DNA of 64,000 bases from Desulfatiglandales bacterium (GCA_963666345.1 OY762721.1:2048001-2112000), one strand, 5' to 3'; positions 29,631-39,339 are shown, counted from the first letter of the stretch. Translations and numbers: made by a program. Notes: generated from the letters alone by a model not told the origin.

Positions 29631-29669
29631 AAAATCCGTTATCAGGCACCTGATAACGGATTTTTTTTT
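29631..29669 (+). terminator. Attenuator (intrinsic terminator) upstream of cimA
   Basis: AAAATCCGTTATCAGG-CA-CCTGATAACGGA-T9. Confidence 0.9.
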
Positions 29670-29691
29670 GCAGTCAAAAGGAGAAATTCAG

Positions 29692-31278
29692 ATGCCGACG
29701 CAAGTCATCCTCTATGACACCACTTTACGGGACGGAACCCAGGGTGATCAGGTAACCCTTTCCGCGGAAGACAAGCTTCGAATCGTTCAAAAGCTGGATG
29801 ACACGGGCATACACTATATTGAGGGCGGATGGCCCGGATCAAATCCTAAGGACGCAAGGTTCTTTGAAATGGCCGGAAAGATTAATCTTAAAAATTCCCG
29901 GCTTACCGCCTTTGGAAGCACCAGGTTATGCAAAAGCAGCCCTGAAAAAGACAGGAACGTACAGGCGCTCCTCGAAACAGAGGTCGAAACACTCACCATT
30001 TTCGGCAAAAGCTGGGACCTGCACGCCTCCCAGATACTCGGGGTTGCGCTTTCGGAAAACCTGGACATGATTTATGAAACCGTAGATTACCTGAAAAAGG
30101 CAGGCAGGCGGGTGATCTATGACGCGGAACACTTCTTTGATGGGTATGGCAACAATCCTTCCTACGCGATAAAGACCCTTAAAGCGGCTGAGGAGGCCGG
30201 AGCCGATTATATCGTCCTGTGCGACACAAACGGCGGATCAATGCCCCGGGATATCAAGAAGATCCTTGAGGATGTCATGCCCATTTTAGAAGTCCCCACA
30301 GGGATACACACCCATGACGACTGCGGGCTGGCGCTTGCAAACAGTATCGCGGCCGTTGAATCCGGGGTCAAGATGGTACAGGGAACCATAAACGGCTACG
30401 GCGAAAGGTGCGGAAACGTTGATCTGCTGTCGGTAATCGGCAATCTGCAGCTCAAAATGGACTGCCTGTGCCTTCCCGGGGAAAGGCTGAAACAGCTGAC
30501 CGAGCTTTCACGTTTTGTAAGCGAGATAGCAAATATACCACCTGTCAACCAGCGTCCCTTTGTCGGGAAAAGCGCGTTTGCCCACAAGGGGGGGGTCCAT
30601 GTCAGCGCCATCCAGAAAAACGCGGCAGCCTATGAACACATGGACCCCGAGATTGTAGGAAACAGGAGAAGGGTAATTGTTTCGGACCTTTCCGGCAGAA
30701 GCAACATAGAGTACAAAGCCAACGAGCTGGGCATAAAACTGGGCGGAAACGGTTATGACAGCCAGAAGATAGTCAATGAGATCAAAAGGCTGGAAGATGA
30801 GGGTTTCCAGTTTGACGCGGCGGAGGGCTCCCTGGAGCTTCTGATAAAAAAGGTGACCGGACAGTACAAGGAACCCTTTACCCTTGAATCCTTCAGGGTA
30901 ACCACCGAAAAAAACGGATCGGGCGACAGCATGTGCCAGGCAACGATCAAGATCTCGGTGGGAGATGAAGAGGAGATAACGGCAGCCGAAGGTGACGGCC
31001 CCGTCAACGCGCTTGACAATGCACTGAGAAAGGCGCTTACAAAATTCTATCCCCAGATAATGGAAATGGGGCTTGTGGATTTCAAGGTCCGTGTCATAGA
31101 CGGAAGCGACGGTACTGCCGCCAAGGTAAGGGTGCAGATAGAATCAAGGGACTCGAAGGATATCTGGTCCACGATAGGTGTGTCTGAAAACGTTATTGAG
31201 GCAAGCTGGCAGGCGGTGGTGGACAGCATCAGGTACAAGCTTTCCAAGGAAACAGACGATGAAAACAGAGATGATTGA
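29692..31278 (+). CDS. cimA: (R)-citramalate synthase
   Basis: DTTLRDGTQ, IEGGWPGSNPKD, YDAEHFFDG, AHKGGVH; RBS AAGGAG. Confidence 0.9.
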   Translation: MPTQVILYDTTLRDGTQGDQVTLSAEDKLRIVQKLDDTGIHYIEGGWPGSNPKDARFFEMAGKINLKNSRLTAFGSTRLCKSSPEKDRNVQALLETEVETLTIFGKSWDLHASQILGVALSENLDMIYETVDYLKKAGRRVIYDAEHFFDGYGNNPSYAIKTLKAAEEAGADYIVLCDTNGGSMPRDIKKILEDVMPILEVPTGIHTHDDCGLALANSIAAVESGVKMVQGTINGYGERCGNVDLLSVIGNLQLKMDCLCLPGERLKQLTELSRFVSEIANIPPVNQRPFVGKSAFAHKGGVHVSAIQKNAAAYEHMDPEIVGNRRRVIVSDLSGRSNIEYKANELGIKLGGNGYDSQKIVNEIKRLEDEGFQFDAAEGSLELLIKKVTGQYKEPFTLESFRVTTEKNGSGDSMCQATIKISVGDEEEITAAEGDGPVNALDNALRKALTKFYPQIMEMGLVDFKVRVIDGSDGTAAKVRVQIESRDSKDIWSTIGVSENVIEASWQAVVDSIRYKLSKETDDENRDD

Positions 31279-31434
31279 AATCAAGGAGAATAACGCCGCA
31301 CGTTCCCGGGTTTTCGGGAATCTGCGGCGGGCCCTTATGGAATAACTATCCGGTCGGAAATCGAGTATTTCCGGATGAGCATCGGGTCGTTTTGCTTGAG
31401 AGGATTTTTTAATTTCATATCAGGAGGTTGTTCC

Positions 31435-32979
31435 ATGAAAGACAGGGTTATTATATTTGATACCACATTAAGGGATGGGGAGCAGTCACCCGGCGCCAGC
31501 ATGAATGAGGCTGAAAAGCTGCGTCTTGCCATGCAGCTTGAAAAGCTGGGCGCAGACGTTTTAGAGGCCGGTTTTCCCGCCGCCTCGGAGGGTGACTTCA
31601 AAGCGGTCAGACTGATCGCGGAAAAGATCAGGAACCTTCAGGTAACCGCCCTTGCAAGGGCGTCAAAATCGGATATCGACCTGGCGGGCAAGGCGATAGA
31701 AAACGCCGCCCACCCCAGGATACATACCTTTATCGCCACCTCGGACATACATCTCAAGCACAAACTCAAGATGAGCCGCCAGGAGGTGCTGAGTGCGGCG
31801 TTTGAATCGGTAAAACACGCCAGGGGCTACACCGATAACGTGGAGTTCTCAGCTGAAGACGGCTCACGCAGCGACAGGGATTTTCTCTGCTCGATATTCG
31901 AGACGGCCATAGATGCCGGGGCAACAACTGTCAACATCCCGGATACGGTCGGATACGCCATGCCTGACGAATTCGGAGAACTTGTTTCATATATCATAAA
32001 AAACACGCCCAATATCGACCGCGCGGTTGTGAGCGTTCACTGCCACAACGATTTGGGGCTTGCCACGGCGAATACGCTGGCCGGGATAAGGGCTGGCGCC
32101 AGGCAGGCGGAGGTCACCATAAACGGCATAGGGGAAAGGGCGGGAAACACCTCTCTTGAAGAGATCGTAATGGGCATCTATACGAGGAAGGATCACCTGG
32201 GGCTTGCCACAGGCATAAACACGGACCAGATCTACCCGACAAGCAGGCTTGTGAGCATGGTAACCGGGATGGTCGTGCAGCCCAACAAGGCGATCGTGGG
32301 CTCGAACGCCTTCGCCCATGAGGCGGGCATCCACCAGGACGGGGTCCTCAAAAACCGCATGACCTACGAAATCATGGAACCGAAAACGGTCGGGCTGTCA
32401 AAGAACCTGCTCGTACTGGGAAAGCACTCAGGCAGGCACGCGTTCCGGGACAAGCTCAAGGCCCTAGGCTACGAGCTTCCCCCGGAGGAACTGAACCCGC
32501 TCTTTGAAAAATTCAAGGAACTCGCGGACAAGAGAAAAGAGATACTCGATGAAGACATCGAGGTCCTTGTGGCCGAGGAGATACTCAGGGTTTCAGACAT
32601 CTACAAGCTGGACTACCTCAACGTGGTAAGCGGAACAGTCGCCGTCCCCACGGCAACCGTAAAACTGAAGATCAAGGACAGGGTCGAGCAGAAGGCCGGC
32701 TTCGGAGTCGGCCCGATTGATGCGGCCTTTAACACCATAGCAAAGATGGTCGGAACCAGGTCCAAGCTTGTCAGGTTCGCGGTCAACTCTATAAGCGGGG
32801 GCATGGACGCGCAGGGGGAGGTAACGGTCAGGCTCAGGGAAAACGGGCTTGTGGCCCTTGGAAAAGGCGCTGATCCCGATATTATCACGGCCAGTGCCAA
32901 GGCCTATATAAACGGTCTCAACCGGCTCGAACACATGAAGAAAAATCCTTCATTGTCACCTGAGGAAAGCACCCTCTGA
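31435..32979 (+). CDS. leuA: 2-isopropylmalate synthase
   Basis: [34 protein letters not shown]. Confidence 0.95.
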   Translation: MKDRVIIFDTTLRDGEQSPGASMNEAEKLRLAMQLEKLGADVLEAGFPAASEGDFKAVRLIAEKIRNLQVTALARASKSDIDLAGKAIENAAHPRIHTFIATSDIHLKHKLKMSRQEVLSAAFESVKHARGYTDNVEFSAEDGSRSDRDFLCSIFETAIDAGATTVNIPDTVGYAMPDEFGELVSYIIKNTPNIDRAVVSVHCHNDLGLATANTLAGIRAGARQAEVTINGIGERAGNTSLEEIVMGIYTRKDHLGLATGINTDQIYPTSRLVSMVTGMVVQPNKAIVGSNAFAHEAGIHQDGVLKNRMTYEIMEPKTVGLSKNLLVLGKHSGRHAFRDKLKALGYELPPEELNPLFEKFKELADKRKEILDEDIEVLVAEEILRVSDIYKLDYLNVVSGTVAVPTATVKLKIKDRVEQKAGFGVGPIDAAFNTIAKMVGTRSKLVRFAVNSISGGMDAQGEVTVRLRENGLVALGKGADPDIITASAKAYINGLNRLEHMKKNPSLSPEESTL

Positions 32980-33076
32980 CGGGCCGGGGAAAGCGGATAG
33001 CTCGCAGCTATCCTGGGCTCCACCCTCCGACAGGCTGAAGAGGGGGAACGGTTTGGCGGGAGAACCGTTTACTCTA

Positions 33077-33110
33077 TCGTCTCAATCTTGACTTTTTACG
33101 AATGCATCAA
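33077..33110. repeat. Solo right end of the 20759-20963 element
   Basis: CGTCTCAATCTTGACTTTTTACGAATGCATCAA resembles CGTCTCAATTTTGACTTGTTAGGATGTCATCAA. Confidence 0.65.
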
Positions 33111-33135
33111 CCTCTAGAACTCAAGCAAAAGGAAC

Positions 33136-34830
33136 GTGATGACTAAAAAATTTAATGGCGCGCAGATACTCTTAAAGGCCCTTCAGGACGAGGGAGTCGA
33201 TACCATATTCGGTTATCCCGGGGGCGCGATAATAGACATATACCATGAACTGGTTCAGACCGACATCAATCACATACTTGTCCGCCACGAGCAGGGCGCG
33301 GTTCACGCGGCTGACGGTTATGCCAGGGCCTCGGGCAGGACCGGGGTCTGCCTGGTAACATCAGGGCCGGGTGCGACCAATACCGTGACCGGAATAGCCA
33401 CCGCCTATACGGACTCCATACCTGTCGTTATCCTCACAGGGCAGGTGCCCACCCAGATGATAGGAAACGACGCGTTTCAGGAAGTGGATATAGTAGGCAT
33501 TACCCGCCCCTGTACAAAACACAACTACCTGGTGACCCGCATAGAAGATCTCGCCAGGACGATCCGGGAGGCATTTTATATAGCCGGTTCGGGCCGTCCG
33601 GGGCCGGTGCTGGTGGATCTTCCCAAGGACATCATGAAACAGCTCGCCCCATACAGACCGGTCGGAGAAATAAGTCTCAAATCTTATCAGCCTACCTACA
33701 GGCCGAACATAAAACAGCTCCAGAAGGTCGTAGGCCTGATAAAAAAGGCGAAAAAGCCGATAATCGTATCCGGAGGAGGAGTTATACTGTCGGGCGCGTC
33801 AGAGGAACTGACAAAGTTCGTAAAGACCGTGTACGCCCCCATAACTTCCACCCTGATGGGCCTGGGCGGGTTTCCTACCGATCATGAACTCTGGATGGGC
33901 ATGATAGGGATGCATGGCACCTACCGTGCCAATATGTCTTCGGCCGACTGTGACCTGCTCATCGCCGTGGGAGTTCGATTCGACGACAGGGTCACCGGAA
34001 AGACGGAGTCTTTCGCCTCACAGGCAAAAATCGTGCATATAGACATAGACCCCACCTCTATTCGAAAGAACGTGCCTGTCGCCATACCTGTGGTAGGGGA
34101 CTGCAAAACGACCCTGTCCCTGTTAAACGGGCTCCTTGAAAAAGAGGATTTCAAAGATATCAGGGATGCCAGAGAGCCCTGGGTGACCCGGATAAATGAG
34201 TGGAAGGCCACAAAGAAGCTTGCCTATGAACAGAAGGATATCATAAAGCCTCAATACGTGATCGAGAAGTTTTATGAGCTTACCAAGGGGCAGGCGATCA
34301 TTACAACCGAAGTGGGCCAGAATCAGATGTGGGCCGCTCAGTACTACCATTTTGACAGACCCAACAGCTTTCTTACCTCCGGAGGGCTCGGTTCCATGGG
34401 CTTCGGGCTTCCCGCGGCCATAGGAGCACAGGTTGCCTGCCCGGACAGGGTGGTCGCCGATATCGCCGGGGACGGAAGCATACAGATGAATATCCAGGAA
34501 CTGGCAACCGCGGTCCAGTTCAGGCTTCCCATAAAACTGATCATCCTCAACAACAGCTATCTCGGCATGGTGCGCCAGTGGCAGGAGCTTTTTTACGGCA
34601 AGCGCTACGCCTGCACGGACATGCAGCATGCCCCTGATTTCATGAAACTGGCAGAGGCATACGGCGCGGTAGGCCTGAAGGCCTGTCATCCCGATGAAGT
34701 CGAAGGCGTCCTCAAAAAGGGCCTGGACACAAATGAGACGGTTATCATGGAATTTGTAATTGAAAGGGAAGAAGGGGTTTATCCGATGGTCCCGGCAGGA
34801 GCACCTATTACGGAAATGCTTCTGGTGTAA
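33136..34830 (+). CDS. ilvB: Acetolactate synthase large subunit
   Basis: FGYPGG, RHEQGA, TSGPGATN, GDGSIQMN TPP motif. Confidence 0.95.
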   Translation: MMTKKFNGAQILLKALQDEGVDTIFGYPGGAIIDIYHELVQTDINHILVRHEQGAVHAADGYARASGRTGVCLVTSGPGATNTVTGIATAYTDSIPVVILTGQVPTQMIGNDAFQEVDIVGITRPCTKHNYLVTRIEDLARTIREAFYIAGSGRPGPVLVDLPKDIMKQLAPYRPVGEISLKSYQPTYRPNIKQLQKVVGLIKKAKKPIIVSGGGVILSGASEELTKFVKTVYAPITSTLMGLGGFPTDHELWMGMIGMHGTYRANMSSADCDLLIAVGVRFDDRVTGKTESFASQAKIVHIDIDPTSIRKNVPVAIPVVGDCKTTLSLLNGLLEKEDFKDIRDAREPWVTRINEWKATKKLAYEQKDIIKPQYVIEKFYELTKGQAIITTEVGQNQMWAAQYYHFDRPNSFLTSGGLGSMGFGLPAAIGAQVACPDRVVADIAGDGSIQMNIQELATAVQFRLPIKLIILNNSYLGMVRQWQELFYGKRYACTDMQHAPDFMKLAEAYGAVGLKACHPDEVEGVLKKGLDTNETVIMEFVIEREEGVYPMVPAGAPITEMLLV

Positions 34831-34840
34831 GGACACACAG

Positions 34841-34875
34841 GGTTATTGGTTATTGGTTATTGGTTATTCGTTATT
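34841..34875 (+). repeat. 7-bp tandem repeat (GGTTATT)x4 + CGTTATT
   Basis: Read directly; reverse complement of the heptamers at ~16683-16800. Confidence 0.9.
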
Positions 34876-34902
34876 TGTCATGGCAAGAAAGGCGAAGAAT
34901 AG

Positions 34903-35427
34903 ATGAGCAAAGACAAGCAGACAAGGCATGTACTTTCTATTCTGGTTGGCAACGAGCCGGGAGTCCTGTCAAGGATAGTAGGTCTTTTCAGCGGCAGGGG
35001 CTTTAATATCAAGAGCCTGTGCGTGGCGGAGACCACGGAAGAAAACGTATCCCGTATCACACTTGTTACGGTCGGCGACATGACCATACTGGAACAGATC
35101 AAAAAGCAGCTCAACAAGCTGGTAAACACTATAAAGGTCTGGGATTATACAGGGATGTCCTTTGTGAACAGGGACATGGCACTTGTAAGAGTGAGGGCCA
35201 AGCCTGATAACAGGGCCGAGATCCTCCGCATGGCGGATATTTTCCGGAGCAGGGTGGTGGATGTGGGAACGGAGTACTACACACTGGAGGTTACGGGAAA
35301 CGAGGAAAAGATAGCGGCGTTTCTTGACCTCCTCAAACCTATAGGAATAAAGGAAATAGCAAGGACAGGGACAATCGCCCTTGCAAGAGAAAAACAAAAC
35401 AAGGAGACGTTAAATGGCAAAAATTGA
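34903..35427 (+). CDS. ilvN: Acetolactate synthase small subunit
   Basis: NEPGVLSRIVGLFSGRGFNI ACT domain, EIARTG. Confidence 0.95.
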   Translation: MSKDKQTRHVLSILVGNEPGVLSRIVGLFSGRGFNIKSLCVAETTEENVSRITLVTVGDMTILEQIKKQLNKLVNTIKVWDYTGMSFVNRDMALVRVRAKPDNRAEILRMADIFRSRVVDVGTEYYTLEVTGNEEKIAAFLDLLKPIGIKEIARTGTIALAREKQNKETLNGKN

Positions 35428-36469
35428 TTTCGGAGGAGTAATTGAAGAGGTAATTACCTCGGAGGAATTCACACTGGAAAAATCCCTGGAGGTATTGAAA
35501 GACGAGACGGTCGCCGTACTCGGTTACGGGGTTCAGGGACCGGGGCAGGCTCTTAATATGAGAGACAGCGGGGTAAACGTAATAGTCGGACAGAGGGAAG
35601 GCGGAAAATCGTGGCAAAAGGCGGTGGACGACGGATTTGTCCCCGGTAAAACGCTTTTCTCACCCGAAGAGGCCGCAAGGCGAGGCACCATCATTCAGTA
35701 TCTTATCTCGGATGCCGGGCAGGTGGCAACCTGGCCCGTCATAAAGAAGTGTCTCAATCCGGGAGACGCCCTGTATTTTTCACACGGTTTCGCCATCACC
35801 TACAAAGACCAGACAGGCATTGTCCCACCCGAGGACGTAGACGTAATCCTGGTGGCACCGAAAGGCTCCGGCACCACCTTGAGGACGAACTTCATAAACG
35901 GCGCAGGGCTTAATTCCAGCTTTGCAGTATTTCAGGATTATACCGGAAGGGCAAAGGACAGGGCCCTCGCGCTCGGTGTTACCATAGGATCGGGATACCT
36001 TTTCCCCACGGACTTTGAAAAAGAGGTGTTCAGCGATCTGACCGGTGAAAGGGGCGTGCTGATGGGTTGCCTGGCAGGCGTGATGGAGGCCCAGTACTCG
36101 ATACTGCGCAGGAAGGGGCACACCCCGAGTGAGGCATTCAATGAAACGGTCGAAGAGCTGACCGAGAGCCTTATCAAGCTCGTGTCTGAAAACGGAATGG
36201 ACTGGATGTACGCGAACTGCAGCACGACCGCCCAAAGAGGGGCGCTTGACTGGAAAGGGCCTTTCAGGGAAGCGGTTGAGCCTGTCTTTGAAAAGCTCTA
36301 TGAAAGTGTCGCCACAGGTGAGGAGACAAGGATAGTGCTCGAGGCGAACAGTTCATCCGACTACAGGGAAAAGCTGGACAGGGAACTTGAAGGGATGAGG
36401 GAATCGGAGATGTGGAAGGCAGGGGCCGCGGTTCGCGCGCTCAGGCCTGAAAACAGGAAAAAGGATTAG
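35414..36469 (+). CDS. ilvC: Ketol-acid reductoisomerase (Bacteroidota/fungal Ilv5-like form)
   Basis: GYGVQGPGQALN, YFSHGF, APKGSG, SDLTGERG, MDWMYANCSTTA. Confidence 0.93.
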   Translation: MAKIDFGGVIEEVITSEEFTLEKSLEVLKDETVAVLGYGVQGPGQALNMRDSGVNVIVGQREGGKSWQKAVDDGFVPGKTLFSPEEAARRGTIIQYLISDAGQVATWPVIKKCLNPGDALYFSHGFAITYKDQTGIVPPEDVDVILVAPKGSGTTLRTNFINGAGLNSSFAVFQDYTGRAKDRALALGVTIGSGYLFPTDFEKEVFSDLTGERGVLMGCLAGVMEAQYSILRRKGHTPSEAFNETVEELTESLIKLVSENGMDWMYANCSTTAQRGALDWKGPFREAVEPVFEKLYESVATGEETRIVLEANSSSDYREKLDRELEGMRESEMWKAGAAVRALRPENRKKD

Positions 36470-36515
36470 GCCTTAATTTGAAAAGCAGGATCATCTCCAA
36501 AAGAGTTGATCCAAA

Positions 36516-36700
36516 TGAAGGATTCGAGGGGTCAAGGACCCAAGGGTTCGAGTGAACTGCCTGTAAATTATAGAGATTTAAACATTAGCCATGATATCAG
36601 GTGAGTTGGTTTATCCTTGAAACCGGGAACCCACTGCGAAACAGTGGGACTGAGCGAAGCGCAAGCGGACCAAAGAATCCTGGAACCCTTGGACCCTTTC
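36516..36700 (+). mobile_element. Degenerate four-helix-bundle cassette (both octamer ends, gene nearly deleted)
   Basis: ggattcga ggggtcaa ggacccaa gggttcga left array; NYRDL remnant of the gene start; 36615-36677 is the reverse complement of 18620-18682 with 4 mismatches. Confidence 0.8.
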
Positions 36701-36733
36701 TCCCAACTAATTGGGAGGAAAACCGAAAAGCAT

Positions 36734-36776
36734 AACCCGCGCCCGGGCCGTTATTATCCCGGGCGCGGGTTTTTTT
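36734..36776 (+). terminator. Intrinsic terminator of the ilv operon
   Basis: AACCCGCGCCCGGG...CCCGGGCGCGGG-T7. Confidence 0.9.
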
Positions 36777-36925
36777 GTTTCCAATTTCCCCTGATTCACC
36801 GTTTAATAAGGCCGCAGGCCTGAACAATAACCCGATGGCACAAATCTCTAAAATGTGCTACCTTTCCGTTTCATCGGGTCTCTGCATCCTTATATACCAG
36901 CAAACCTTTTCCCCGCAGGAAGGAT

Positions 36926-37771
36926 ATGGACAAAGTAAGGGTCGCGGCCGTCTGTTTTTCAGCCGCAACCAAAGATATCAAAGGCAACCTCGACAGGATG
37001 GAGCAATATGTGCGTGAGGCAAAGGAGGCAGGCGCCGCCATAATCTGTTTTCCGGAGCTTTCCGTGACAGGCTATTTCCTCAGTAATCCGGCCGCGATAT
37101 GTCCCAGGCCTGCGTACGAATACGCATTAAAAAGGCTTGAGAAAACAGCCCGCCTAAATCGTATGCTCATCCTTGCCGGTATCATGGAACCCTCGGATGA
37201 CGGAAGGCCCTTCATAGCCCACCTGATAACCGGTCCTAAAGGCCTCATAGGCCTGTACAGAAAGACTCATCTTTCACCCAAGGAAAAGGAGACCTACCGG
37301 GAAGGTCAAAGAATAGATACCTTCGGTTTCGGGCGATTAACTTTCGGGGTTCAGCTCTGCTACGAGACCCACTTTCCGGAAATAAGCACCGTCATGGCAC
37401 TTAAGGGCGTTGAGATAATCTTCGCGCCTCACGCCTCTCCGCGCGGAACCCCTGAAGATAAGATCGAAAGCTGGCTCAGGCATCTGAGCGCAAGGGCATT
37501 TGATAACGCCTGTTTTATTGTCGCCTGCAATCAGTGCGGCAAAAATGCGGCAGGCCTTTCCTTTCCGGGCGTTATCCTTGCATTCAACCCGTCAGGCCGG
37601 GTTCTGGCCGAATCGTATCAGGATAAAGACCATATGCTCGTGATCGATCTTGACATGAAAGAACTCAAAGAGATAAAGGCGCATAAAATGCGTTACTTTC
37701 TGCCTAACAGACGGCCTGAACTATATGGAGATCTGGTTGACTCCAGGGGTTGGCAGGTTCCGGGGAAGTAG
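36926..37771 (+). CDS. Nitrilase-family carbon-nitrogen hydrolase
   Basis: Catalytic triad contexts FPEL, YRKTHL, LCYETHFPE; RRPELY. Confidence 0.9.
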   Translation: MDKVRVAAVCFSAATKDIKGNLDRMEQYVREAKEAGAAIICFPELSVTGYFLSNPAAICPRPAYEYALKRLEKTARLNRMLILAGIMEPSDDGRPFIAHLITGPKGLIGLYRKTHLSPKEKETYREGQRIDTFGFGRLTFGVQLCYETHFPEISTVMALKGVEIIFAPHASPRGTPEDKIESWLRHLSARAFDNACFIVACNQCGKNAAGLSFPGVILAFNPSGRVLAESYQDKDHMLVIDLDMKELKEIKAHKMRYFLPNRRPELYGDLVDSRGWQVPGK

Positions 37772-38230
37772 CATGCAAGGCATGCAGAAACAGGGGGCCC
37801 GCCCCGGGCATGCCGGGGGGGCTTAATGCAATGGGGATGCCCCCGCCTTTTGTAGACAATAACGCTCCGGCACCGGCACTCTTTCTTCCGGCCTTCTCTA
37901 TACTTTACGGAAAAGCGGCCGCATCCATGGGCTTTTATAAACGTTACCCGAGCTGATAGGACACCGGGGAGGAAAGCCCGGCCTGCGGCCACTGCTTATG
38001 CCTCTGGTATTTTTTATGGGATAAGGCCTACTGAAAGAGCCCCGGCACCTCCGCTTGTGTGCTCGCAAACAAAAGGAATAGGAATGGGGAATCAACCATG
38101 CCTTGAGATTTTGACTTCCGGGCATCGGCAAGAGGTTAGACTCAAGGCTCCGAAAAGCGACTACCGAGGCGTATGATCTATACGTCGCAGATCTCCTTTA
38201 GGTGGTTATCAGGGCGGCTTTCCAGTCTTC

Positions 38231-38259
38231 TTGACAGAGGCTGCGCATTTTCTTATTCT
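38231..38259 (+). promoter_or_regulatory. sigma70-like promoter upstream of the formyltransferase
   Basis: TTGACA-17 nt-TATTCT. Confidence 0.55.
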
Positions 38260-38421
38260 TAGCATGCTTGTATCAGGAAATTGCTGATTTCCCGGTGGAG
38301 CGCTCAGCCGTTAGATTTCACCTCAAGGGCCTGATTTATAACTGGTTTTGCAGACAGCCCATGGGCTGATGCCTATACGGCACGGCATAATTAACCTTGC
38401 GTATGATCAGGAGACTAACGC

Positions 38422-39339
38422 ATGCGAATTGTTTTGATCGGTGAGGCCGCCTTCGGCGCTAGGGTCTTTGAAACGCTGAGGGACAAAAAGGAACAGATCG
38501 TTGCCGTTTTCACCCCGCCTGACAGGCCCGGGGCAAGGCTTGATCCTTTAAAGGAAGCGGCGGTCAATGCAGGGGTTGCTCTGTTCCAGCCTCAGACCTA
38601 CAAGGATGAGGATATATTCCGCTCTTACTGCGATATAAAGCCGGATCTTACGATCATGGCCTTTGTAACGGCGATTATTCCGCCTAAATACTTCAAGGTT
38701 CCCGGATCAGGGGCCATCTGTTATCACCCTTCCATCCTGCCGCGCCACAGGGGAGCAAGCGCCATCAACTGGGCCATTATATCGGGAGACACCAGAACAG
38801 GTCTTACAATTTTCCGGCCGGACGGCGGAATAGACACAGGCCCGGTTCTTCTTCAAAAAGAGGTTGAAATAGGGCCTGAAGATACAACTGGAAGCCTTTA
38901 TTTCAAACAACTCTTCCCGCTGGGAGTCGAGGCGATAGTGGAGTCGGTAGGGCTTATAAAGGAAGGCAGGGCACCCCGCATCACCCAGGACGAAACCATT
39001 GCCACCTATGAGCCCCCCTGCGACGATCGGGTCGCGGCAATACAGTGGGACCAGCCAGGGGCCGGGATATACAACCTGGTGAGGGGTTGCGACCCGCAGC
39101 CAGGGGCCTATACATACTTTGAAGGAGAAAAAATCAGGCTGTACAATGCAGGCCTTGTTGAAGAAGATCCGAATCAGGCACCGGGAACAATAACGGGACT
39201 GAATGAAAGGGGCATCAGGATCGCCCTTGACTCAGCCACTCTTCTTATCGGAAAGATAAGATCGGCCGGGACAGGAAAGGTGGACGCCTTTTCGTTTGCG
39301 ACCGAAGCAGGAGCAACTCAAGGCAAAAGGCTGGGTTAG
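38422..39339 (+). CDS. Formyltransferase (Fmt-like / 10-formyl-THF hydrolase-domain-like)
   Basis: YHPSILPRHRGASAINW, DGGIDTG, RGCDPQPGA. Confidence 0.85.
   Translation: MRIVLIGEAAFGARVFETLRDKKEQIVAVFTPPDRPGARLDPLKEAAVNAGVALFQPQTYKDEDIFRSYCDIKPDLTIMAFVTAIIPPKYFKVPGSGAICYHPSILPRHRGASAINWAIISGDTRTGLTIFRPDGGIDTGPVLLQKEVEIGPEDTTGSLYFKQLFPLGVEAIVESVGLIKEGRAPRITQDETIATYEPPCDDRVAAIQWDQPGAGIYNLVRGCDPQPGAYTYFEGEKIRLYNAGLVEEDPNQAPGTITGLNERGIRIALDSATLLIGKIRSAGTGKVDAFSFATEAGATQGKRLG

Noticed and set aside
31271..31345. Second leader peptide before leuA
   Set aside because: The 24-aa ORF has hairpins but no Leu/Ile/Val run and no U-tailed terminator.
37945..37995. ZMP/ZTP riboswitch (CACCGGGGAG...GCCCGGCCTG)
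   Set aside because: Lacks the 5' GACTGGCG element, lies >400 nt from the formyltransferase start and upstream of its apparent promoter.
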